Source of the DNA: an uncultured Thermoleophilia bacterium
GTDB taxonomy: Bacteria > Actinomycetota > Thermoleophilia > UBA2241
Direction: 5' to 3'
DNA length: 64,000 nucleotides
Assembly (NCBI GenBank): GCA_963791345.1
Contig: CAWBRS010000002.1
Span: 112,037-176,036 of the forward strand
Below the pieces are notes generated by a model. The model ran no database searches. It saw nothing but the letters and a program-made list of their open reading frames with translations, and was not told where the DNA came from. The translations under genes and the position numbers were made by a program. Positions 11,160 to 19,892 of the stretch are shown here, piece by piece (position 1 is the first letter of the stretch; the number at the start of each line of letters is the position of its first letter).

Positions 11160-11734
11160 GGACCGGGAGCGGTCGTGAGCGGGTCGACGTTGCGGCGGAC
11201 CCTGCGTGCCGCCTTCGCCGCCGCCACCTGGTCGCAGCTCTCGTCCTCACGAGCACGGCGCTCGCCGACTTGACCTCGCTGGAGCGGCTGGCAGAGCTCT
11301 TCGAGGGCCAGCCGATCATCGTGAACAGCAAGGCGGGCGAGTACATCGTCCGCGGCAAGAACCTCGTGCCCGGTCAGAAGGTCCGCGGCCAGGTGCGTAT
11401 CAAGAACAAGGGCAAGGGCGTCGGCGTGCTGTACGTGCGCCCCAAGCGCCCGGTCGACACCCCGGGGCCGTGGGGTGGCGAGCTCTCGCAGAAGCTCGTG
11501 TTGACGATCCGTCGCATCGACGCCAGCGGCAAGCTGCACACGGTATGGCAGGGCCACCTCGCGGCGATGGGGAAGGTACGCCTCGCAGTCCTCAAGCCTG
11601 GGGCAGTGCGACGCTACCGTTTCGTCGTCGGCTTCCAGATGCGGCCGCCGGCGCGCGGCTACGCCGTCGCCAACAGCTACCAGCTGAGCCGGTTCAAGAC
11701 GGCCTTCTTCTGGCAGCTCGTGCCGATCGAATAG
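11156..11734 (+). CDS. TasA/camelysin-like protein (paralog 3), intact ORF; N-terminal start uncertain
   Basis: 192-aa ORF; C-terminal ...GYAVANSYQLSRFKTAFFWQLVPIE matches the N-x-YQ...F-x-F-x-A-x-Q family terminus seen in paralog 2. A KN-G-x-G beta-rich core (QVRIKNKGKGVGVLYV) is present, and the N-terminal hydrophobic segment RRRHLVAALVLTSTALA is signal-like. Confidence 0.5.
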   Translation: MRTGSGRERVDVAADPACRLRRRHLVAALVLTSTALADLTSLERLAELFEGQPIIVNSKAGEYIVRGKNLVPGQKVRGQVRIKNKGKGVGVLYVRPKRPVDTPGPWGGELSQKLVLTIRRIDASGKLHTVWQGHLAAMGKVRLAVLKPGAVRRYRFVVGFQMRPPARGYAVANSYQLSRFKTAFFWQLVPIE

Positions 11735-11777
11735 GCGCCCAAGCGGCTGGAGCCGCCTCCGTTCCCCTGCGCGCCGG

Positions 11778-13109
11778 TCAGCGCTTCTCCCACTTCTGCA
11801 GGTAGGCGACCTCGCTCAGCGTCTTGCCGGCGTCGATCTCGCCGCGCAGGCGGTTCTCCTTCTCGAGCACGTCCATGGCGCGGTTGGCGAGCTCGACGGC
11901 CTGGGCCTTGGGCAGCACCATGACGCCGTCGTCGTCGCCGACGATCCAGTCGCCGGGGGCGACCGCGACGCCGGCGACGGTGATGGGCACCTGCATCTCG
12001 CCGAAGCCCTTGGGCTCGCCGGCGTTGGCGCAGACGTGGCTCGAGAAGGCGGGGAAGCCGAGGCGCGCGATCTCGGGGGTGTCGCGGATCGCGCCGAAGA
12101 CGACGAGCCCGGCGAGCTCCTTCACCATGGCGCTGTGCGTGGCCAGCTCGCCCCAGATCGCCGGCGGCACGCCGCCGGCGTCGACGACGAGCACGTCTCC
12201 CTCGCGGCAGAGGTCGATCGCCTCGACGGGCTTGGCCCAGTCTCCGGGGTAGGTGCGGACGGTGACCGCCGGGCCGCACATGTGGGCGCCCGGCAGCAGC
12301 GGCTTGATGCCCGGCACGGACGGGGTCCTGTGCCAGGCGTCGGAGACGTTGGCCGTCGAGACGCGCGCGAGCGCCTCGCGGATGGTCTCCTCGCCGGCGC
12401 GCCGGTAGAGGCTGGTCTCGATGACGGCCCCCTCGTCGACGGCGCGGCGGATCTCGGCCGCGGCCGCCGTGGCGTCGGTCGCCTTGATGATGGCTCCGCC
12501 GACGACGACGACGCTCGCGCCGGCGGCGGCCGCCGCGGCGGCGGTGCCGGAGTGGATGCCGCCGGCGACGCTCACCGGGATCGAGACCGCGTCGACGACG
12601 GCCTTCAGCACCTCGAAGGGCTGCTCGCCGCGCATCTGCTGGTCGATCGCCGTGTGGATGCCGATGAGGTCGGCGCCGAGCTCCTCGGCGCGCTTCGCGC
12701 GCGCGACCGGCTCGGCGACCTCGACCATGTCGACGATCAGCAGGCAGCCGTAGTTGTGGGCCGCGTCGGCCGACTCCTTGATGGTCGCGTCCGAGGCGGC
12801 GCCGAGCACGCCGACGACGCCGGCGCCGGCCTTGGCCGCGTACTCGACCTCGACGCGGCCCGCGTCCATGGTCTTCATGTCGGCGACGATCGTGTGATCG
12901 GGGAAGGCGGCCTTGAGCTCGCGCACGCTCTGCAGCCCCTCGGCCTTGATGAGCGGCGTGCCGGCCTCGACCCAGTCGACGCCGCCGGCGACGGCCTCGC
13001 GGGCGACGGCCAGGGCGCGGGGCAGGTCGACGAAGTCGAGCGCGACCTGCACGAGCACGCGGCGGTCGGCGCCGCCGGTCGTGCCCTGGGGCGCTGTCGG
13101 GGAGGTCAT
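11778..13109 (-). CDS. bifunctional 3-hexulose-6-phosphate synthase / RraA-family (ribonuclease regulator, MenG-like aldolase) fusion protein
   Basis: 443-aa ORF. The N-terminal half is HPS/OMPDC-fold (VLVQVALDFVDL...EAGTPLIKAEG...VADMKTMDAG...VAGGI). The C-terminal half is RraA-like (ANVSDAWHRTP...AVTVRTYPGDW...GDVLVVDAGG...AIWGELAT). Confidence 0.8.
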   Translation of the reverse strand: MTSPTAPQGTTGGADRRVLVQVALDFVDLPRALAVAREAVAGGVDWVEAGTPLIKAEGLQSVRELKAAFPDHTIVADMKTMDAGRVEVEYAAKAGAGVVGVLGAASDATIKESADAAHNYGCLLIVDMVEVAEPVARAKRAEELGADLIGIHTAIDQQMRGEQPFEVLKAVVDAVSIPVSVAGGIHSGTAAAAAAAGASVVVVGGAIIKATDATAAAAEIRRAVDEGAVIETSLYRRAGEETIREALARVSTANVSDAWHRTPSVPGIKPLLPGAHMCGPAVTVRTYPGDWAKPVEAIDLCREGDVLVVDAGGVPPAIWGELATHSAMVKELAGLVVFGAIRDTPEIARLGFPAFSSHVCANAGEPKGFGEMQVPITVAGVAVAPGDWIVGDDDGVMVLPKAQAVELANRAMDVLEKENRLRGEIDAGKTLSEVAYLQKWEKR

Positions 13110-13122
13110 CGCGGCCTCGCTC

Positions 13123-13596
13123 TCAGACGCCCATGGCCTGCACGACCAGCCGGCGGTCGCGCGGCCGCTCGTCGAGGTCGATGAAGACGACCTCCTGCCA
13201 GCGGCCGAGCGTGAGCCGACCGTCGACGAACGGGATCGTCAGCGAGGGCCCGAGGATCCCGGCGCGCACGTGCGAGTGCCCGTTGCCGTCGCCGTTGTTG
13301 ATGTTGTGCTGCCAGCGGCCCCGTGGCGGTGCGATCTCGTCGAGCACACGCTGCAGGTCCTGGACCACCCCGGGCTCGTACTCGATCGTGGTGACGGCGC
13401 CGGTCGCACCCGGGGCGAACACGGTCACCGTGCCGTCGCGCAGGCCGGTCTGCGCGAGCGCCTCACGCACCTCGTCGGTGAGGCGCACGACGTCGGCGTC
13501 ACCGCGGGTCGGGAACTCGATGGCGCCGGTGACCACGCAGGCGAGCCCCTCACGGACGTTGGCCTTCTTCTTGCCGTTGACGCTGACGGTGGCCAC
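13123..13596 (-). CDS. yjbQ: YjbQ/UPF0047 family protein (secondary thiamine-phosphate synthase enzyme-like)
   Basis: C-terminal 157 aa of ORF 13123..14610: ...DGTVTVFAPGATGAVTTIEYEPGVVQDL...HNINNGDGNGHSHVRAGILGPSLTIPFVDGRLTLGRWQEVVFIDLDERPR. Internal in-frame GTG at 13594-13596. Confidence 0.7.
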   Translation of the reverse strand: MATVSVNGKKKANVREGLACVVTGAIEFPTRGDADVVRLTDEVREALAQTGLRDGTVTVFAPGATGAVTTIEYEPGVVQDLQRVLDEIAPPRGRWQHNINNGDGNGHSHVRAGILGPSLTIPFVDGRLTLGRWQEVVFIDLDERPRDRRLVVQAMGV

Positions 13597-13699
13597 GGTG
13601 CTTACCTTCCTTTCGTGCCGGTCGCGTCCCCGACGGGGTACGCGCTGGGTGACTGAGATGCGCTGAGGTGATGTGGAATGGACGGGGGCACGGACGGGC

Positions 13700-14610
13700 G
13701 CCTGGGCGGGCGCGAGCTCCAGGTTGTCGATGAGGCGGGTGAGGCCGAGACGGGCAGCGGCGACGAGCAGGCTCCGCGGCCCCAACTCGCACTCCTGCGC
13801 AAAGGTGTCGGCGTCGACGACGGCGATGTAGTCGAGGTCGAAACGCGGCGGCTGCGGGCGCCGCTGTCCCTTCATCTCGGCGATCCGGTCGGCTTCGGTG
13901 ACGAGGTCGGGGTCAGGCATGACGAGGCTCACCGCCGTGGCGGCGATGACGTCTTTGGGCGTCGCCCCGGGCTTGCCCGCGGCCGCCCTGCCCGTGAGCA
14001 GGGCGCGGTACAGGTCGGGGGCGACGGCGCGCTGCTCGGGCGTCAGGTAGGCGTTGCGCGAGCTCATGGCGAGGCCGTCGGGCTCGCGGCTGGTCGGTAC
14101 GGCGGCGACCTCGACCGGCAGGTCGAGGTCGCGCACGAGGCGGCGGATCAGCGCCAGCTGCTGGGCGTCCTTCTGGCCGAAGAAGGCGACGTCGGGGGCG
14201 ACGATGGCCAGGAGCTTCGTCACCACCGTCGCGACCCCGTCGAAGTGGCCGGGGCGATCGGCCGCCTCGAAGCTCTCGCCGACGAGGCCGACGACGCGCA
14301 CCGTCGTCGACGCGTCGGCCGCGTACATCTCGGCCGGCGCGGGCGCGAAGACGACGTCGACGCCCGACTGCTCGAAGAGGGCGAAGTCGCGCGCCTCGTC
14401 GCGCGGGTAGCGGTCGAAGTCCTCGCCGGCGCCGAACTGGGTCGGGTTCACGAAGAGCGAGGCGGCGACAGAGGCGCAGCGCTCGCGCGCGGCGCGGACG
14501 AGGGCGAGGTGGCCCTCGTGGAGGGCTCCCATCGTGGGCACGAGGCCGAGAGGATGCGGCAGGGCGACGAGGGTGCCTCGCGCCTCGTCGACGGTGCGCA
14601 CGATCTTCAT
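13700..14610 (-). CDS. panC: pantoate--beta-alanine ligase; 3' end approximate, no in-frame stop before yjbQ
   Basis: N-terminal about 300 aa of the same ORF: ...LVPTMGALHEGHLALVRAA...VFAPAPAEMY...FFGQKDAQQLALIRRLVRDLDLPVEV...SSRNAYL (HIGH-type PanC motifs). Confidence 0.75.
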
Positions 14611-15503
14611 GGACGCTCGCCCTCCTCGAGCAGGGTCTTGAGCGTGCGCACCGTCTCGTCATCGAGCCGCGGCGCGGCCAGCGTCAGCGCCTCGAGCGAC
14701 AGCGCCCGGTAGACGTCGCCGACGCGCGCCGGCTGGCGCTCGAGCAGACGCAGGTGGGCGCGCACGGTCGCCGCGTCGCCGCGCGCCACCGGCCCCGTGA
14801 GGGCTGCGGCCGGGCCCTTGGCAAAGACGTTGGCGGTCGCGGTGGAGACCAGCGGTGCGAGCAGCTCGAGGCCGTCGTCGCGGCCCGTGGCCTCGTTCAT
14901 CAGCCGGACGGCCGCGGACTCGAGCGCGACCAGCAGGTTGGCGGCGACGGCCGCGGCAAGGTGGTAGAGGGGCTTGCGCTCGTCCGGGAGGCGGAAGGGC
15001 CGCATGCCGAGACGAGCCGCGAGGTCGTCGCCGAGGGCGGCGACCCGCTCTTCGTCGGCCGTGACGGCGCAGGCGACGCCCGCGAGTGCGTCGGCCCGGG
15101 CATCGCCCGAGAACGTCTGCAGCGGGTGGAGGCAGAGCGTGAGCACGCCGGCCTCTTGGAGCGGCCGCAGCAGGCGCAACGAGCCGGCGCCGCTCGAGTG
15201 GATGGCGAGCGGCGGGCAGGAGGAGCGGCGTCGCCCCGGGCAGGCCGCGGCGAGCTGGCCGGCGACGGCGAAGATGTCGTCGTCGGGGACGGTCAGCCAC
15301 CAGGCGTCGGCCTCGAGGGCGGCGTCGGCGACACGCACGTGCAGCGGTCCCCCGCCGTCGCCGTACGCGCCGAGACGGGCGTCGTTCTCGTGATGGGTGC
15401 CGATCGCCGAGACCTTGAGCCCGGCCCGGTCGAGGGCGGCGATGAGCGTCGACCCCAGGCGTCCGGGGCCGATCACGGCGAAGCGATACTGGTCGACGTG
15501 CAA
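14607..15503 (-). CDS. NAD(P)-binding Rossmann-fold protein (DUF2520/ketopantoate-reductase-like), translationally coupled to panC
   Basis: 298-aa ORF with an N-terminal FAVIGPGRLGSTL dinucleotide fold; its stop overlaps the panC start by 4 nt. A gene of this kind commonly sits beside panC in actinobacteria. Confidence 0.55.
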   Translation of the reverse strand: MHVDQYRFAVIGPGRLGSTLIAALDRAGLKVSAIGTHHENDARLGAYGDGGGPLHVRVADAALEADAWWLTVPDDDIFAVAGQLAAACPGRRRSSCPPLAIHSSGAGSLRLLRPLQEAGVLTLCLHPLQTFSGDARADALAGVACAVTADEERVAALGDDLAARLGMRPFRLPDERKPLYHLAAAVAANLLVALESAAVRLMNEATGRDDGLELLAPLVSTATANVFAKGPAAALTGPVARGDAATVRAHLRLLERQPARVGDVYRALSLEALTLAAPRLDDETVRTLKTLLEEGERP

Positions 15504-15864
15504 GCCTTGGCCTCCCTGGCTGCGGTCCGCCCGGTGGGGACGGTACCGCGCCGGCCGTCGGCCTGTGCAGCACAGGCGGCCTCTCCGTCTCCGGCGCGAG
15601 GGCTCGGAGCGGAGCCTCGCTGAGCGTAGCGGCTCACGGCGTGACGGTCAACGCAGCGGCCGTCGCGCCTTGCACGATACGCGTGCGCGAGAGGCGCCGC
15701 GTCGCCCGATCCGGCCGGCGGGTCGGCTCCGGCGTGCCGTCGGTCCGAGCCGCCGCGCCGCCGCCGCTCCATCTGGCGGCGGCGTCGATCCGGCTCCCTC
15801 GCGGCGTCCGGCGCGACCGGCGCGGCGCTCCTTCGTGCCTCGCCGCCGGTGGTACACTGTCGCC

Positions 15865-16083
15865 ATGCCGATCTACGAATTCTCCTGCACGCAGTGCGGC
15901 GCCGCGTTCGAGGAGCTGGTGCGCAACGGCACCAAGCCGGTGTGCCCCAAGTGCTCGTCGGGCGAGGTCCGCCGCCTGCTCTCGCGCTTCGCGGTCCACT
16001 CCTCCTCGCCGGGCCTCGGGGGCACGGGGGGCAGCAAGAGCTGCTCCACCTGCTCCTCCTCATCCTGTGCCACCTGTCACTGA
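15865..16083 (+). CDS. FmdB-family zinc-ribbon protein
   Basis: MPIYEFSCTQCGAAFEELV...KPVCPKCSS... matches the CxxC...CxxC FmdB signature; ATG at 15865 with Cys/Ser-rich tail. Confidence 0.7.
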   Translation: MPIYEFSCTQCGAAFEELVRNGTKPVCPKCSSGEVRRLLSRFAVHSSSPGLGGTGGSKSCSTCSSSSCATCH

Positions 16084-16843
16084 CGACCGCGGCCGCGCGC
16101 TCGACGACCTCCGCCGCGAGGTGGAGGGCTGTGCCCGCTGTGTGCTCGCTGAGACACGCACCCTGGCCGTGTTCGGGGAGGGTGACCCGGACGCCGAGCT
16201 GATGTTCGTCGGCGAGGCCCCGGGTTACCACGAGGATCAGCAGGGGCGGCCGTTCGTCGGCGCCGCCGGCAAGTTGCTCGACGAGCTCCTCGCCTCCATC
16301 GGCCTCCGCCGCGAGCAGGTCTTCATCGCCAACGTGCTCAAGTCGCGGCCGCCCAACAACCGCGACCCGCGCCCCGAGGAGATCGCCGCCTGCCAGCCCT
16401 ACCTGTGGCAACAGATCGAGCTCATCGAGCCGCTCGTGATCTGCACGCTGGGCAACTTCGCCACCAAGCTGCTCTCGGGCGACCAGGCCGGCATCACGCG
16501 GGTGCACGGCCGCCCGCGCGCCGCCGTCATCGCCGGACGCGAGCTCTACCTCTACCCGATCTTCCACCCCGCCGCCGCGCTGTACACGCCGGCCATGATG
16601 ACGACGCTCAAGGAGGACGTGGCGCGCCTGCCGGAGCTGCTCGCCCACGCCCGCGGGGAGGCTCCGGGGACGCCGCGGCCCGACACCGGGCCGTGGGGCG
16701 AGGAGCCCGACGCCGCCGCGACGCGGCCCCGCTCCGACTCCGCGCCGCCCGCTCGCTCCGACTCCGCGCCGCCCGCTCGCCCCGACGCCGCGCAGGCGCC
16801 CGCCGTCGGCCCCCCGCAGGCCGAGCAGCTGGGCCTCTTCTGA
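16076..16843 (+). CDS. udg: uracil-DNA glycosylase, family 4; start codon uncertain (overlaps fmdB stop)
   Basis: GCARCVLAETRT...VFGEGDPDAELMFVGEAPGYHEDQQGRPFVGAAGKLLDELL...VFIANVLKSRPPNNRDP (family-4 UDG motifs), followed by a low-complexity tail. Confidence 0.75.
   Translation, partial: VTDDRGRALDDLRREVEGCARCVLAETRTLAVFGEGDPDAELMFVGEAPGYHEDQQGRPFVGAAGKLLDELLASIGLRREQVFIANVLKSRPPNNRDPRPEEIAACQPYLWQQIELIEPLVICTLGNFATKLLSGDQAGITRVHGRPRAAVIAGRELYLYPIFHPAAALYTPAMMTTLKEDVARLPELLAHARGEAPGTPRPDTGPWGEEPDAAATRPRSDSAPPARSDSAPPARPDAAQAPAVGPPQAEQLGLF
16731..16778 (+). repeat. perfect 24-bp tandem duplication (2 copies) inside the udg 3' tail
   Basis: GCTCCGACTCCGCGCCGCCCGCTC x2, encoding RSDSAPPA twice, in frame. 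Confidence 0.8.
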
Positions 16844-16853
16844 CCCTCGCGAC

Positions 16854-17357
16854 ATGCTCTCCGTCACGCTGACGTCGCCGGCCCAAACGCGGCGCTTCGC
16901 CCGCGCGCTGGCGGCGCTGCTCGCGCCGCCCGCCTTGATCACCGTGGAGGGCGATCTGGGGACCGGCAAGACGACCCTGATCCGCGAGGTGCTGCGCGCG
17001 CGCGGCGTGCGCGGCGCCGTCGCGAGCCCCTCGTTCACCATCGCGCAGAGCTATCGCGGCCGCGGCGGCGGTCGGCTCCACCACCTCGACCTCTACCGTC
17101 TCACCGCCGGCGCCGAGACCGAGCTCTTCGCCTGGGACGACTACCTCGGCGGCGACGCGCTGACCTTCGTCGAGTGGCCGGCGGCCGGCCGCGAGGCCCT
17201 GCCGCCGGCCGACGTGCGCCTCGTGCTCGCGCACCGCACGAGGACGAGCCGCGACGCCCGCCTGTGGGCGCCGCCGGCCCTCGAGGAGCGGCTCGCGGCC
17301 GGCGCGGCGGCGGCGGGCGTCGCCGTCGAGCGCCACGGCGTCGAGGAGCCTACGTGA
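16854..17357 (+). CDS. tsaE: tRNA threonylcarbamoyladenosine biosynthesis ATPase TsaE
   Basis: Walker A GDLGTGKTTL, YjeE-like, 167 aa, first gene of the tsaE-tsaB-rimI-tsaD operon. Confidence 0.85.
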   Translation: MLSVTLTSPAQTRRFARALAALLAPPALITVEGDLGTGKTTLIREVLRARGVRGAVASPSFTIAQSYRGRGGGRLHHLDLYRLTAGAETELFAWDDYLGGDALTFVEWPAAGREALPPADVRLVLAHRTRTSRDARLWAPPALEERLAAGAAAAGVAVERHGVEEPT

Positions 17358-18049
17358 TCCTTGCCCTCGAGACGGCGACGGCCGCCTGCTCGGTGGCGCT
17401 GGCCTCCGAGGCCGGCCAGATGCTGGCCGAGCGGGTCGAGCTCGAAGGCCCGGCGCACACCCGCGTTCTGCTGCGCCAGGTCCACGAGGCGCTGGAGGAA
17501 GCGGGAGCCGCGGCCGCCGACGTCGACACCGTGCTGGTGGGGCTCGGTCCGGGGGCGTTCACGGGGCTGCGTATCGGCGTGGCCACGGCGCGCGGGCTGG
17601 CCGTCGCGGGCGGCGCCCGCCTCGGTGGCGTTCCATCGCTGACGGCCCTGGCACTCGCCCTGTCGGTCGCGCCGCAGGGCGAGACGGGCGAGTGCTTCGT
17701 GCCGCTGATCGACGCCCGCCGGCGCGAGGTCTTCGCCGCCTGCTACGAGCGCGGCGCCGGCGGCGTGCGCGCCCGAACCCCACTCGCCGTCGTCCCGTCC
17801 GCCGACCTCGAGGCGTACCTCGAGCAGTTCCCCGGGGCCGTGGTCGGCGGAGACGGCGCCGTCCTGTACGCCGAGCGCGTGCCGCGCTCGGCGGTCCTCG
17901 CCGGCGCCGTCGTCGCGCCGACCGCCGCCATGGTCGTGCGTGCCTGGCTCGCCGGCGCGGAAGACCGCTGCGAGGGACCGGGCGCCGTCCTGCCCGTGTA
18001 CGGACGCGAGCCCGACGCGGTGCGCTGGCACGGACGGAGGCCGGCGTGA
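17354..18049 (+). CDS. tsaB: tRNA threonylcarbamoyladenosine biosynthesis protein TsaB
   Basis: VILALETATAACSVAL... inactive Kae1/YeaZ homolog; GTGA overlap with tsaE. Confidence 0.85.
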   Translation: MILALETATAACSVALASEAGQMLAERVELEGPAHTRVLLRQVHEALEEAGAAAADVDTVLVGLGPGAFTGLRIGVATARGLAVAGGARLGGVPSLTALALALSVAPQGETGECFVPLIDARRREVFAACYERGAGGVRARTPLAVVPSADLEAYLEQFPGAVVGGDGAVLYAERVPRSAVLAGAVVAPTAAMVVRAWLAGAEDRCEGPGAVLPVYGREPDAVRWHGRRPA

Positions 18050-18534
18050 CGCTCAGGTCCTGCACCGGTGACGGGTTCGAGCGCCGCCTCGTGCGCCCCA
18101 TGCAGTTCACCGATCTCGAGGCCGTCGTCGCCATCGAGGGGCGGACCTTCACCCTGCCGTGGTCCTTGGCCGTCTTCAGCGGCCAGCTCGGCCGCCCCGG
18201 CGGCATCGCCCTGGTCTGCGAGTTCGACGGCGAGACCGTCGCCTACCTCATCGCCGACATGTTCGTCGACGTGTGGCACCTGATGAACCTCGCCGTCCGC
18301 GAGGACTGCAGGCGGCGCCACATCGCCTCCGAGCTGCTCGAGAGCTACTTCTCCATCACCGAGCTGCGTTCGCATCGCGGCCACACTCTCGAGGTGCGCG
18401 CCTCCAACGCCGGCGCGATCGAGCTGTACCGCAGCTTCGGCTTCGTGACCACCGGGGTGCGCCCCGGCTACTACAGCGACGACCACGAGGACGCCGTGAT
18501 CATGTGGAAGGACTGGGAGGGCGAGACCGCGTGA
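18046..18534 (+). CDS. rimI: ribosomal-protein-alanine N-acetyltransferase
   Basis: GNAT fold with FTLPWSLAVFSGQL...LMNLAVREDCRRRHIASELL; GTGA overlaps on both sides. Confidence 0.85.
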   Translation: MTLRSCTGDGFERRLVRPMQFTDLEAVVAIEGRTFTLPWSLAVFSGQLGRPGGIALVCEFDGETVAYLIADMFVDVWHLMNLAVREDCRRRHIASELLESYFSITELRSHRGHTLEVRASNAGAIELYRSFGFVTTGVRPGYYSDDHEDAVIMWKDWEGETA

Positions 18535-19565
18535 CCCTCGTCCTCGCCCTCGAGACCTCCTGCGACGACACGAGCGCCGCCGTGGTGCGCGGCGGCGAGG
18601 TGCTCGCGTCGCTCGTTTCCTCGCAGCACGAGTTGCACGCGCCCTACGGCGGCATCGTGCCCGAGGTCGCCTCGCGCCGCCACGCCGAGCTGCTCGACGG
18701 CATGGTCGTTGAGGCGCTCGCCGAGGCGGCGACCGACTGGGACGACCTCGACGCCGTCGCCGTGACACAGGGGCCCGGTCTGATCGGCTCGCTGCTCGTC
18801 GGGCTGGCCGCGGCCAAGGCGATCGCCTGGCGGCTGCGCCTGCCGCTGGTGGCCGTGAATCACCTCCAGGGCCACGTCGCCGCCAACTACGCCCTCGGCG
18901 TGGAGGCGCCCTTCGTGTGCCTCGTCGCCAGCGGCGGCCACACGCTCCTCGCCGTGGTGGAGGAGGGTGTGCGCTACAGGGTGGCGGCGCGCACCATGGA
19001 CGACGCCGCCGGCGAGGCCTTCGACAAGGGCGCCCGGCTGCTCGGTCTGGGCTACCCGGGCGGGCGCGAGCTGGACGCGCTGGCGGCCCACGGCGACCCG
19101 CGTTTCGCGCCCTTCCCGCGCGCCGCCCGCCGCCGCCGCGACTTCAGCTTCAGCGGGCTCAAGACGGCGCTGCTCTACGACCTGCGCGATCGCGACGCCG
19201 CGGAGATCGAGGCGCATCGCGCCGACATCGCCGCGAGCTACCAGGCGGCGATCGTCGCCCAGCTCGTCGAGAAGACGGTCGCCACCGCCGCCGGCGAGGG
19301 CCTGCGCCGCGTCGCCCTTGCCGGCGGCGTCGCCGCCAACGCCGGCCTGCGCACGGCGATGACCGAGCGGTGCGCCGCCGAGGGCCTCGAGCTGACGCTG
19401 CCGCCGGTGGAGCTCTGCACCGACAACGCCGCCATGGTCGGGCTCGCCGCGCAGCACCTGCCGGCGACTCCGTGGCCGGAGTACCTCGAGCTCGACGCCT
19501 ACGCGGGGGACGCGGAGGCCGGGGCGGGCCGGCGGCGGCGCGCCGCCGGCCCGCCCCGGCCCTGA
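18531..19565 (+). CDS. tsaD: tRNA N6-adenosine threonylcarbamoyltransferase
   Basis: VLALETSCDDTSAAVV...YGGIVPEVASRRH...GLGYPGG (Kae1/Gcp motifs), 345 aa. Confidence 0.9.
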   Translation: MTLVLALETSCDDTSAAVVRGGEVLASLVSSQHELHAPYGGIVPEVASRRHAELLDGMVVEALAEAATDWDDLDAVAVTQGPGLIGSLLVGLAAAKAIAWRLRLPLVAVNHLQGHVAANYALGVEAPFVCLVASGGHTLLAVVEEGVRYRVAARTMDDAAGEAFDKGARLLGLGYPGGRELDALAAHGDPRFAPFPRAARRRRDFSFSGLKTALLYDLRDRDAAEIEAHRADIAASYQAAIVAQLVEKTVATAAGEGLRRVALAGGVAANAGLRTAMTERCAAEGLELTLPPVELCTDNAAMVGLAAQHLPATPWPEYLELDAYAGDAEAGAGRRRRAAGPPRP

Positions 19566-19892
19566 CGCGCCGCCCCTTCGAAGGCCGCGCGACCGTGCCC
19601 GCAGTCATGCGCTGCATACTGCGCTATTCGTGAGACGACGGACCTGAGGTGCTGGTCTCGTCGCCACGAGCTTGCCCGAGTGCCGGATTCGTGACGAACA
19701 TCGTGAGCCTCAGGCCATCCTGTCGACGCCGTCCGCCCCCCGTTTGTGCATCCGGGAGCGCGCCGGACCCGGCACGACGCCGGTGACGGCTGTACGCTGA
19801 CCCGCACAAGGTCAAGCTTGTGATTGACCACCTCCGATTCGCACCCTGAACGCTGGGCTCGAGGGTGCTCAAACCTGCACGGGAGGCAGCGC

